From the NCBI RefSeq assembly GCF_002075285.3, contig NZ_CP021983.2, forward strand, positions 810,001 through 842,000: a DNA stretch of 32,000 bases, read 5' to 3'. Position numbers and translations under genes: made by a program. Positions 1 through 7,964 of the stretch are shown piece by piece. Source of the stretch: Halomicronema hongdechloris C2206. Lineage in GTDB: Bacteria > Cyanobacteriota > Cyanobacteriia > Phormidesmidales > Phormidesmidaceae. A model generated the notes under the pieces. The model made no database searches, was not told where the DNA came from, and saw nothing but the letters and a program-made list of their open reading frames with translations. Each line of letters starts with the position of its first letter. Position 1 is the stretch's first letter.

Positions 1-16
1 CTCCATAGAACAGGGT

Positions 17-589
17 ATGCGCAACGATATCCCAGCCATCCAAAGCATTCGCCATCGCCTCCATTTCGTACCGCGAGTGAGTCATCCAGCGATCGGGTTG
101 AATAACCGACCGGCTAAGGGCTTCGGGTTTATCTACTTTGCTCAAATTAATGTGCCCGGTGCCAATTTCCAGGTGTATATACCCATTAATTTCTTGTTTA
201 TTGCCAATGTCAATCAGTACATCCTTGTGGTGGACCCGCTCGAATTGGACACCCAGGATCAAAAGACCATTGCCCAAATTTATGTCAAAGAGAATATCGC
301 TGGGGGCATTGATCTCAACCTTACCGAGCAGATTATCCGCGACCAACTCATCGACCAACTCCAAGCTGCTCCCTTACCGGTTCTGATTCCAGGTATTGAT
401 TTTTCCGAGGCCCTGTTAACGGCCATGAATGGTGCTGCTGGTAATCCCTCGCAACTCTCCGATGATTTTGATATTTTATTGAGCCCATCTGGGGAAAATC
501 GGGATCTGGCAACCACCATTCTATGGGAACAACTGGTTCCCGGTAATATCCTGCCCCGCAATCAAGTCGACCTTTTCTTCCTGGAGTAA
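17..589 (+). CDS. hypothetical protein; the frame stays open to the left window edge, so it may be 5'-partial
   Basis: 190-aa ORF with balanced, protein-like composition (VVDPLELDTQDQKTIAQIYVKENIAGG...). No family recognised. The overlapping minus-strand ORFs 280..614 are R/S/W-rich and look spurious. Confidence 0.4.
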   Translation: MRNDIPAIQSIRHRLHFVPRVSHPAIGLNNRPAKGFGFIYFAQINVPGANFQVYIPINFLFIANVNQYILVVDPLELDTQDQKTIAQIYVKENIAGGIDLNLTEQIIRDQLIDQLQAAPLPVLIPGIDFSEALLTAMNGAAGNPSQLSDDFDILLSPSGENRDLATTILWEQLVPGNILPRNQVDLFFLE

Positions 590-598
590 CCCGAGCTT

Positions 599-669
599 GG
601 GTTAAGTCATTCAATCAGAATTCGCTCCCATGGAGCGGCCGTCGTGTGGGTTGAGGCACGAAACCCACG
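599..669. repeat. left copy of a ~70-bp imperfect inverted repeat bracketing the type III effector module
   Basis: GGGTTAAGTCATTCAATCAGAATTCGCTCCCATGGAGCGGCCGTCGTGTGGGTTGAGGCACGAAACCCACG matches the reverse complement of 11301..11371 with 5 mismatches in ~71 nt. Weaker similarity continues ~15 nt inward. It contains two hairpins: CGCTCC-CAT-GGAGCG and GTGGGTT-N9-AACCCAC. Confidence 0.85.
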
Positions 670-739
670 ACCCTTTGAATCAGCTTTTGCACCGTGACTG
701 AGTTCAGCTCAAGTTCAGCAGGGAAACTGGCGGCGGGGA

Positions 740-1069
740 CGGGGCTGCAGCCAGTGCTTTCAGTCCGGGTACCTAGGCCGCGAAGCCATCGTGGAGCTGC
801 TGGAAGTCGATGATCGCATTCGCGAGATCATGTACGACGGCACCATTACCCAATTGCAACATCACCTCAGCAAAGTCGGCTTCCTATCCTTTCGCGGTGC
901 GGCCATTGAGAAGTTATTGACCGGCGCCACCACCTCTGAAGAAGTGCTCAGGGTGCTTCCCCGCAGTTCTTTGACCCGAAAAACAGCGGCCGATACGGAG
1001 GTTTTACAGCTGGTGCCCTCTGGGTCAGACGCATTTGCCGTGGCGTCTGAAAAGCTTACCTATAGCTAA
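740..1069 (+). pseudogene. 3' remnant of a GspE/PilB-family secretion/pilus ATPase gene
   Basis: Reading upstream of the listed ORF in the same frame gives RGCSQCFQSGYLGREAIVELLEVDDRIREIMYDG...GATTSEEVLRVL. This is the C-terminal CxxC...GYxGR...ELL signature of GspE/PilB ATPases. The N-terminal ~400 aa, including the Walker motifs, are absent. Confidence 0.7.
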
Positions 1070-1216
1070 GTTCCTCAGAAAAATGGGCAAGCCAGAATTG
1101 TCGCATTTTCCTGAGATAACTGACATTTCGCAGGTTGACAGTATTTTTTTGATGTGCCCGGCTTCTCTACGCTGAGTTTAGGAGAACATCTATAGAGTCA
1201 TTTCGAAGAATTGGTA

Positions 1217-1939
1217 TTATTTCCTAATTAGAGAGGTTGACAATGTTTTTAGGGCTTCATCTATTCTTTGAAGACCACATTCAGAACTACTTTCACTCCA
1301 CTCTAGTAATGCATAAGTACGGATACCCTGTGCTGCAGAACTTTTGGGTATGACATTAGAGGGTGGCTTTACTATGAATAGGAGTTGTTCAAACTGAACT
1401 TGTGGAAGATTTTGGATTAAATCAAAAAGTTCGTTCCGCTGCTTTATTTCATCGTAAGTTTTAACTTGATCTTCTTCTAAATATTCATCTGATTCTAATT
1501 CATTTTGAAAGAAATCCCTAAGGCAGGTCAATAGTGAGCAAACATCATCACTAATTAAAAATCCCCATCTCTCAATGATTTCATTAATAATGTTGATCAA
1601 TTCGGAAAAATCTTTCTCTTCATATAAACCTATGCAAGTCAATAGCTGACTACCGCAATTATAGATTTCTTCCTCATCGCTGTCTTCACCAGCCTGTAAG
1701 ATGGAACTAGCAATATCTGCAGCATATTTAGTTGATTCAATGAAATTCATCCAGAATTCATTAATTGCATCTAAAAGGCGATCAGTTCCAGTAGCACAAA
1801 TTTCATGGTAATAAAATTCTATTTGGTGCTTTTTTAGATAATTCTCATAGCGAGAATATTTTGAATCGTTTTTTTCTAAACAATCTAGATCCTGTCTTAT
1901 TTCGGACAGCAAATCTTGATAGTGTCTGCTCAGCCTTCG
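1217..1939 (-). pseudogene. C-terminal part of an IS-split STAND NTPase: helical repeat region plus death-like effector-associated domain (EAD-like)
   Basis: AT-rich ORF. It joins in frame to 3113..4372 once the IS and one target duplication are removed. The tail LPQVQFEQLLFIVKPPSNVIPKSSAAQGIRTYALLEWSESSSECGLQRIDEALKTL resembles bacterial EAD/death-like adaptor modules (motif recall only). Confidence 0.6.
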
Positions 1940-3103
1940 GGAGCATCTCAAAGTTGCAAAAACATCAACAATCGTAGGCTCTATTCAGATAGGCACATCG
2001 CACCTGCAAGGCTTGCTGAACATTGTCGGGCACCCATTGAGCGCCTGGGAGTTTCATGCGATGGTCAATCTGCTTGATGGCTGACTCAACTGCACCTGAG
2101 CCAATCGAACAGATTTGTTCAGCTTGAAAATAGCCGTAATTCACAATTCGGTGACGATGTCGCTCCAAGTAATCACAGAATCGCCGGGCTTGCTCCAGAG
2201 CGCAGTCGGTAAATAACGCCTGGGTTTCATCAACCCGCCCTTCCCATAACAGAGCTTTGGCTTGTTTCAGCCGTTTTAATGAGCCCCCAACTCCATAGAG
2301 GTTTTCGACCAAGTGGTACCAATCGAGAATTTCTAAACGGGTTTCCACGGTGGCGATGGGACGAAACACCGCCCAGACGCCCCGATGCCCATCGCCAAGG
2401 CAGATGATGGGGTTCGCTAACGGTTGGCTATTTAGCCAGTCTTGCAGCCAGTCATTTGCCTGAAACGCCGCCCCATAGTACAGATTCTCGACCCGAGCAC
2501 TCTTGTATTCTTTCCAGTAACTGGGTTCGCCTTTTTCCGGATGCCGCAGGCGCACTTTACCGCCATCGACACTGATCTCGGTGACCGTCTGCTTCGCCTC
2601 CGGTGGGGTCTCACGTTGGCGTTGCACGAGGCGTTGCAGCGTTGAATGACTCAACGACATCCCCGTTAAAACGGACACGTCGGTTTCGCCTTTCCCATAG
2701 CTTTGGCAGGCCGCAACCCGCAACGCACATTTCTCAAAGAGCGGGCTGAGACGACCGTGGGGTTCGAGGCCCAACCGCTGGGCTTGCTGTTCCCGAATCG
2801 GGAGGGTCCCCAGAACACTTTTTAGCTGCCGGGGGCGTCCCCGTTGGGTTTGGGTGCACGCTTCGACAAAAAAATTCCCACTTCGGGACTGACGTGCTCC
2901 AGCATCTGCTGCCGCACCGTCGTTTCAATGCCTTCAAGTGTGTCAACGGCTTCAGGAGGGCTATTGCGATGCAGAATCTTGGCAATCTCGCGGCTATGCT
3001 GGGCTAAGGCGGCTTGGTCTTCGGGGGACAAGAGCTTTTGGGGTAGAGACTACCCTTTCATCTCAGCACAGATGCTGGGTTCTCGCAAAAATGAGATGCT
3101 CCC
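1939..3103 (-). mobile_element. ISKra4-like insertion sequence (~1165 bp)
   Basis: G+C-rich block inside an AT-rich gene. It has 12-bp perfect terminal inverted repeats GGGAGCATCTCA (1939..1950 and the reverse complement of 3092..3103). An 8-9 bp direct target duplication CAGCCTTC(G) lies at 1931..1939 and 3104..3112. Confidence 0.85.
1965..3031 (-). pseudogene. ISKra4-family transposase, reading frame broken once at an A7 run
   Basis: ORFs 2822..3031 (69 aa) and 1965..2774 (269 aa; LGDGHRGVW, LDWYHLVENL, IGSGAVES motifs) are in different frames. Adding one nucleotide to the A7 run at 2868..2874 gives a continuous ~355-aa ORF (...EVGIFFVEACTQTQRGRPRQLKSVLGTLPIREQQAQRLGLEPHGRL...). Confidence 0.75.
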
Positions 3104-3112
3104 CAGCCTTCG

Positions 3113-4372
3113 ATGAGTCTCTTGCAGTTCAGGGTTGAGCGTCGACCTTCTATAACTAATTGTTTTTTCCCTTATTAGGGAATCATAAAGCCATCCATCA
3201 GAACGATGAATTAAAAAAGGAATTGTCGTGAATAATTCAAAGCTAGTTTGTTTAAGTCTTGTACCCACGAGGAGATTATAAATACTTTCATTTATAATTC
3301 TAGGGACCGCTAGATCCAAGAATATTTTTCTATTTATCAAGGTTTTACGATTATTGAGATAGCATTCCAATACGATAGTTTCATCTAAATGAATATTATT
3401 TTTTGTGATATTCCGCAAATCTTTTACCAAGTCTTTCAGATGAAGAGGAACGCCACCCGTTAACTTTGATATAAATCTCTTGATAATCTCATCTTTAATT
3501 CCTTGGTGATCAAGAATTACAGAGATATCATTGGCCCTAAACCGATTTAACTTGACGTCAGATATAAATGAGTCAAATAAGAGCCATGTTTCCCTATCTA
3601 GCTTTTCACGACCTGAGATAACCACAATTGAATTTCCTGGTAGCCCTCTACTAGAGCCAACTGTTTCTACTAATCCTATTAGCCATGGATCCAGTATGTT
3701 TTTGTTGATATGATAGTCATCAAAAAAAAGTACTATAGGTTGATCAATAGCAGCACTTCTAAGTGCTCTTAGGAGTTCAAATGTTAGAACATCTATAGGG
3801 TTTTCAAGTAATTTCCTATCGTCTGAATTTACAATTTCTGACTTAATAAACTTCTTTAGGTCCAAAATCGCTTTCTGAAAGCCTTCTTGAATTTCTCTAT
3901 CTTGTCCAATTCTATTAATATCAAGACGATTTTTTATCTTTTCCTTCTCAGGAGATATCCTAAAATCATTGATGTTGGTAAGGTTGCTACCGATTAGATC
4001 AATATACGCTTCGGGTATGTCCGTGGTATTCTTTAACTTTGACTTTAATCTGATATAGGTTGAATAATGTTCTTCAAAAATTGGATTTGATACCTCAGAC
4101 TCTTTCAGATCTTCATATATCTTTTGCATTATTGATGGAATATCATTCAGATCTTTTTGGATTAGGGATGTAAATGAATTATTTTCAAGGGCAATATTCC
4201 TGAACTCTTTTAATAAGAATGTTTTCCCAACCTTGCTATCTCCATAAATGTTAAAGACATAGAAGCGCTTTCTGGTAGACATTCGAAGATTATTACGAAA
4301 CCTTTGTCGATATCTATTTCGCCCTGGAAACTCTTCTAGGCGTCTTATATTAAGTAAATCTCTAAGTTCCAT
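3113..4372 (-). pseudogene. N-terminal part of the IS-split STAND/NB-ARC-like P-loop NTPase
   Basis: FPGRNRY...FNIYGDSKVGKTFLL (Walker A), PIVLFFDDYH (Walker B) and LTGGVPLHL (GxP/GLPL-type STAND motif). Sampled lines are ~35% G+C against ~60% in the neighbouring cmr gene. The ATG lies 28 nt downstream of the cmr6/1 stop on the same strand. The listed tail after ...ETHRRL is read-through into the IS. Confidence 0.7.
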
Positions 4373-4400
4373 TTTCGTGGAAGGATAATGAGGCTAAAAA

Positions 4401-6113
4401 TCAGTGTCTTGGCATCGGCCATAGCTTTTTGAATAATGTTTGCTGGCCATTGAGAAACCCTAGCAGCTGCTCCGATTCCACTGAGTCATCGGGAAACACG
4501 GTGACTAGCTCAAAATATTGCCGGGTGACCAAGGGCATGGGCTTCTTAGGGTTCTCAGGATCCTTCACCAGTCGTACTTTGGGATACATGCGGTGCCACA
4601 GCCGCCCGACATTGCCCATCTGCCCGGTAATAGACGAGCGGTAAATCGATCCTTCCGGAATGCCGACCGACGGAATCGCCTCTCGATAGGGGCCATGCAG
4701 CCATCGCACCGCTTCACAATCTTCCAGTCCGTCGGTTTCGCGTCCCCACACCTGCACCTTGTCTGGATGCCAGGCCTCTCGCCAGTTGGCATGGGTGTCG
4801 AGTTGGGGCGTCCTGGTCTGCAGCTGCATCCATTCCTTGGCCGCCTGGCGCACTTCGGCAATGAAGTCGCCTACTTTTTCTAGCTTGCGCACCCGCACAT
4901 CTCGCACTTGGGACCGCTTGCCCAGCCATTCCCAGTGGCAACCGATTAGCGGTTTGTAGCCCTGATCATAATAGTCAGGGTAAACCAGACGATGGTCAGC
5001 CCGGCGCCAGGATTTGCCAAAGCCACCGAAGACCATGGCGAAGCGGGTCAGGGCCTCGATCAGTTTAGTCAGGGCTTGCCGCTGGGGCTGAGGTAGGTCT
5101 CGGGTGAGTCGCCAGAGCAATTCTCCCTCCACGGTGTAAGTGGGCTGACTATAGGAACCTTGGCCAAAATCATCCAGCTCCAACTGGGTGTCGAGAAAGG
5201 CCATACTCAGCAAGCCCACAGTGGCTCCACCCCTAATGCCACCAAAGAGATCCTGGACCAGACCTTCAGCCTGGTCGGCATTGGTTAAGCCGCCAAAGAT
5301 ACGCAAGGCATGGCCCCGGATGGCGGCGCGAAAGACATTGGGGCGAAACTCTCCAGTGCCATCTACTAACTTGGCCGCCTGACCCTGACCTTTGAGGCGC
5401 GTGCGGTAGAGAATATCGCCGCTGCGTTGTTGAGGTTGGCCATAGCCAGCACTGACTCGGCAGCCCAGCCCCAGGGACAGCGCCGTTTCCCAGATGTGCC
5501 AGATTTGTTCCCATTCAAGGTCATCCAGGGGAGTAGTGCTGGAGATGCCGACTATCAGCTCGGGTTTATAGAGGGAGATCTGTATGAATGCCCCGCCTTC
5601 CTTATCGTTCGATTTGACCTGCCACTGCTGCTGGGGATGGACAATATCCACCAGGTTCTGAGTCCAGCGGGTGTCGGTGGGGTAGCCGCCGTGAAATCGT
5701 AAAATACCAGGGCGAAAGTCATTATTTTCTAGTTTTTCGCCGCAGTAGCGATCGCATGTCCCCAGTTTTAATTCCCCGGCCCGTTCCAATTGGTGAGCCG
5801 CCTGGCGAAATACGCCCTTCATGCTGCTGCCGGGGTAAAAGGGCCAACCCCTGGCCCCAATTACCGGACGAATCACCCCGTCGTCTTGACCGCTATTGGT
5901 AATGAAGCGCCAGCTCAGAGCATAGGGGCGGGTTTGCACGTCTTTGCCAAAATTAGGCGCATCGGGATAGGCTTTGTCGACCCATTCATCGGCCCAGCGC
6001 TCGGCATCTTGTTCCAAGGCCTTGGGAATCAGTCGCTGTACCTGGCAGCGCCCCTCCACCTGAGCCCGAAACATCAGGGGAACTTTGTTGGCGGCATCGG
6101 TGAGAGTAGACAT
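4401..6113 (-). CDS. cmr6: type III RAMP protein, apparent Cmr6-Cmr1 fusion (two RAMP domains)
   Basis: The N-terminal half has VIRPVIGARGWPFYPGSSMKGVFRQ and GLGCRVSAGYGQ (Cmr6-like). The C-terminal half has EFRPNVFRAAIRGHALRIFGGL, LFGGIRGG and FGGFGKSWRR (Cmr1-like G-rich loops). It is the last cas gene of the operon. Confidence 0.75.
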   Translation of the reverse strand: MSTLTDAANKVPLMFRAQVEGRCQVQRLIPKALEQDAERWADEWVDKAYPDAPNFGKDVQTRPYALSWRFITNSGQDDGVIRPVIGARGWPFYPGSSMKGVFRQAAHQLERAGELKLGTCDRYCGEKLENNDFRPGILRFHGGYPTDTRWTQNLVDIVHPQQQWQVKSNDKEGGAFIQISLYKPELIVGISSTTPLDDLEWEQIWHIWETALSLGLGCRVSAGYGQPQQRSGDILYRTRLKGQGQAAKLVDGTGEFRPNVFRAAIRGHALRIFGGLTNADQAEGLVQDLFGGIRGGATVGLLSMAFLDTQLELDDFGQGSYSQPTYTVEGELLWRLTRDLPQPQRQALTKLIEALTRFAMVFGGFGKSWRRADHRLVYPDYYDQGYKPLIGCHWEWLGKRSQVRDVRVRKLEKVGDFIAEVRQAAKEWMQLQTRTPQLDTHANWREAWHPDKVQVWGRETDGLEDCEAVRWLHGPYREAIPSVGIPEGSIYRSSITGQMGNVGRLWHRMYPKVRLVKDPENPKKPMPLVTRQYFELVTVFPDDSVESEQLLGFLNGQQTLFKKLWPMPRH

Positions 6114-6116
6114 GGG

Positions 6117-6344
6117 TCAATAGCGAGAGTTAAGGGATGGACTGGGGATAGAGGCCAAACTCGGCATGAAGAAAGTGGTAGGGCGGGCATTGTCTCGTTT
6201 AGAGTTTGGGCTGATGGTGATTGAGCCAAGCAATGCCAGCCGTTGCGAATAAATGATGGGCAAACCAAGCCTGTCGCATGTTGCTGAGGTGACCTGTGAT
6301 GGGGTTGTCCATCCTACTTCTCTAAAGGACATGGAGTTGCGCAT
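6117..6344 (-). CDS. possible small ORF (75 aa) exactly filling the cmr5-cmr6/1 gap
   Basis: The ATG at 6344 abuts the cmr5-like stop (6345..6347), and the stop at 6117 lies 3 nt before the cmr6/1 ATG. The sequence is S/T/P-rich and low in complexity, so coding status is doubtful. Confidence 0.2.
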   Translation of the reverse strand: MRNSMSFREVGWTTPSQVTSATCDRLGLPIIYSQRLALLGSITISPNSKRDNARPTTFFMPSLASIPSPSLNSRY

Positions 6345-6767
6345 CTACTTATATCGCTGGGTCCACCAGACCAGACAATCGCAGAGTTGGGTCAGCACTG
6401 CCAGGGCCAATCGTTGGTCTTCTAGAGTTAACATTTTGCCGCTGGAATCTACTGGAATTTCTCCCCAAAGCTTTTGTGCCATTGCTTTAGGGTCAGAGTC
6501 GTTGGGAAGAGTGACATCTGCTGGACCCAGTATGTTAGCCAGTATGTCCCAGGTGGCTTTCCAATACCGGGACTTTTTCTCTTGTTTCCCTTGATGACGC
6601 ATGTGTTCGCCCCAAAACCGTTCCAACCCATAGGCGACTGATTCCCGCATCTTATAAGATTCACGCAGACAGGCGTCACCTTTTATATCTTTATCGTTAT
6701 CAATATCTAGCGCCTGAAGCACCAGCCACTGGGCTTCTCTATCGAGTCCGTATGCTTGCCATCCCAT
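6345..6767 (-). CDS. cmr5: probable type III small subunit (Cmr5/Cas11-like)
   Basis: 140-aa protein that looks helical, in the canonical position between cmr4 and cmr6. The call rests on position and size; no strong motif was recognised. Confidence 0.5.
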   Translation of the reverse strand: MGWQAYGLDREAQWLVLQALDIDNDKDIKGDACLRESYKMRESVAYGLERFWGEHMRHQGKQEKKSRYWKATWDILANILGPADVTLPNDSDPKAMAQKLWGEIPVDSSGKMLTLEDQRLALAVLTQLCDCLVWWTQRYK

Positions 6768-6785
6768 AGATATTTCCTCCTCGCA

Positions 6786-7835
6786 TTATGCGTCTGCATC
6801 GTCTGGCGTATCGCCAAAATAGTCGCCAGCCAGCGTCACTTCACAGTGACCACAACCGATAGATTCCAAGCCCCCGAAGTACAGCTCTCGCAGGGTGCGA
6901 TTTTTAAAGGGTTTCCAGCGGGCACTGCCATCTGCGGAAGCGTCCGAGGCTCTGTCATAGTGCGGAACGCTGTCTTTTACAGCAATCGGAAAGATCAAGA
7001 TACTGTCTTCGGGCAGTGCTTCAAACCCGAAGAAGTTTTCTACTTTTTTGACATCGTCTTCTAGCTTGGTGCGGGTTTGACGATAGAGCGCCATGTCATG
7101 AATGATGCTGATGTCTTGATCATCCACAACCACTAAGTTGTCAGGCTGGATCTGCGAGTCTTTGGGAACCCAGTTAGACAGGTCAGGCGTTTCCGCCAAA
7201 TTATCCAGAAATCCTAAGTTGAAGAAGAGGCGATCGCGGTGTTCCCGCAGCTTTACCGGATATTGCTTTGGTTGGCCATCAGCCGCTGCCTTGGGACGAA
7301 GCACTGGCTCAGGCTTGCCAGTAATCTGTTTGTAGCGACGCAATAGTCGGGGACAGCTCACCCAGACCACCGGCTGTCCTGGACAAAAGACTGGAATCCA
7401 TACCAGGGACGCATACTCAAACTTAACCAGTGCCTCTGTGGTGCCGCCATCTTCCTGACCGGTGACGGCATGATGACCATACCAGTGATTTTCGTTCACC
7501 AGCTCAGGCACTGAAATCGATTGCTTCTCGGCTTCCTGCTCTAGCCATTCCAGCCGGGGCAACCGTTTCTTTGGGTCCTCCGGACTGCTGACTTTACGGG
7601 CTGTCGCTGCTGGAAGGTCAACGCCTGCTGCCTTCAACGATGCTTCTAAGTGCTGTTGCCGTCTCAGGCGCATATCGGCGCGAAAGCGACCGCGAATGGA
7701 GCTGCCGGGGATAATTCCCGTCTGGGTGAACTGGTCGCGAAAGATCAGATTCAGGTTACCGGTTTCTTCGCCGGCGCTGGCCCCCACATGGAGCGGGGCC
7801 AGGGTTTCGATGATGCCGTAGGCTCTGTGATACAT
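6786..7835 (-). CDS. cmr4: Cmr4 (Cas7-family backbone RAMP)
   Basis: TLAPLHVGASAGEETGNLNLIFRDQFTQTGIIPGSSIRGRFR is the classic Cmr4/Csm3 N-terminal motif and includes the Asp of the RNA-cleaving loop. The C-terminal glycine-rich LYFGGLESIGCGHC is also present. Confidence 0.85.
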   Translation of the reverse strand: MYHRAYGIIETLAPLHVGASAGEETGNLNLIFRDQFTQTGIIPGSSIRGRFRADMRLRRQQHLEASLKAAGVDLPAATARKVSSPEDPKKRLPRLEWLEQEAEKQSISVPELVNENHWYGHHAVTGQEDGGTTEALVKFEYASLVWIPVFCPGQPVVWVSCPRLLRRYKQITGKPEPVLRPKAAADGQPKQYPVKLREHRDRLFFNLGFLDNLAETPDLSNWVPKDSQIQPDNLVVVDDQDISIIHDMALYRQTRTKLEDDVKKVENFFGFEALPEDSILIFPIAVKDSVPHYDRASDASADGSARWKPFKNRTLRELYFGGLESIGCGHCEVTLAGDYFGDTPDDADA

Positions 7836-7875
7836 AGGAAAACGAGAAACAAAGAACGACGCAGAAACACGTAGC

Positions 7876-7938
7876 GTGGGTTAGGCGCGATCGGGAGGGA
7901 AACCGGCGCTGGGGGCCGACATCAGAGCCGTAACCCAC
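7876..7938. repeat. GTGGGTTA...TAACCCAC hairpin element in the 129-nt cmr3-cmr4 gap
   Basis: 8-bp arms at 7876..7883 and 7931..7938. The preceding GTAGCGTGGGT is shared with 11236..11246. It belongs to the same GTGGGT/ACCCAC family as the hairpins at 646..668, 11242..11262 and 11302..11324. Confidence 0.6.
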
Positions 7939-7964
7939 GGGGCGCACACGGGAACACAGGAGAA

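Noticed and set aside
280-614. Two minus-strand ORFs (93 and 88 aa) overlapping the first plus-strand ORF
   Set aside because: Their R/S/W/P-rich composition looks spurious. The plus-strand frame is the more protein-like, although it is itself unassigned.
2432-3138. Small ORFs on both strands within the ISKra4-like element
   Set aside because: They are explained by the single frameshifted transposase gene. The others are off-frame.
4429-6268. Numerous 60-144-aa ORFs overlapping or antisense to cmr6/1
   Set aside because: They are R/P/G/S/W-rich, as expected for off-frame reading of a G+C-rich gene. The 570-aa frame carries all the RAMP motifs.
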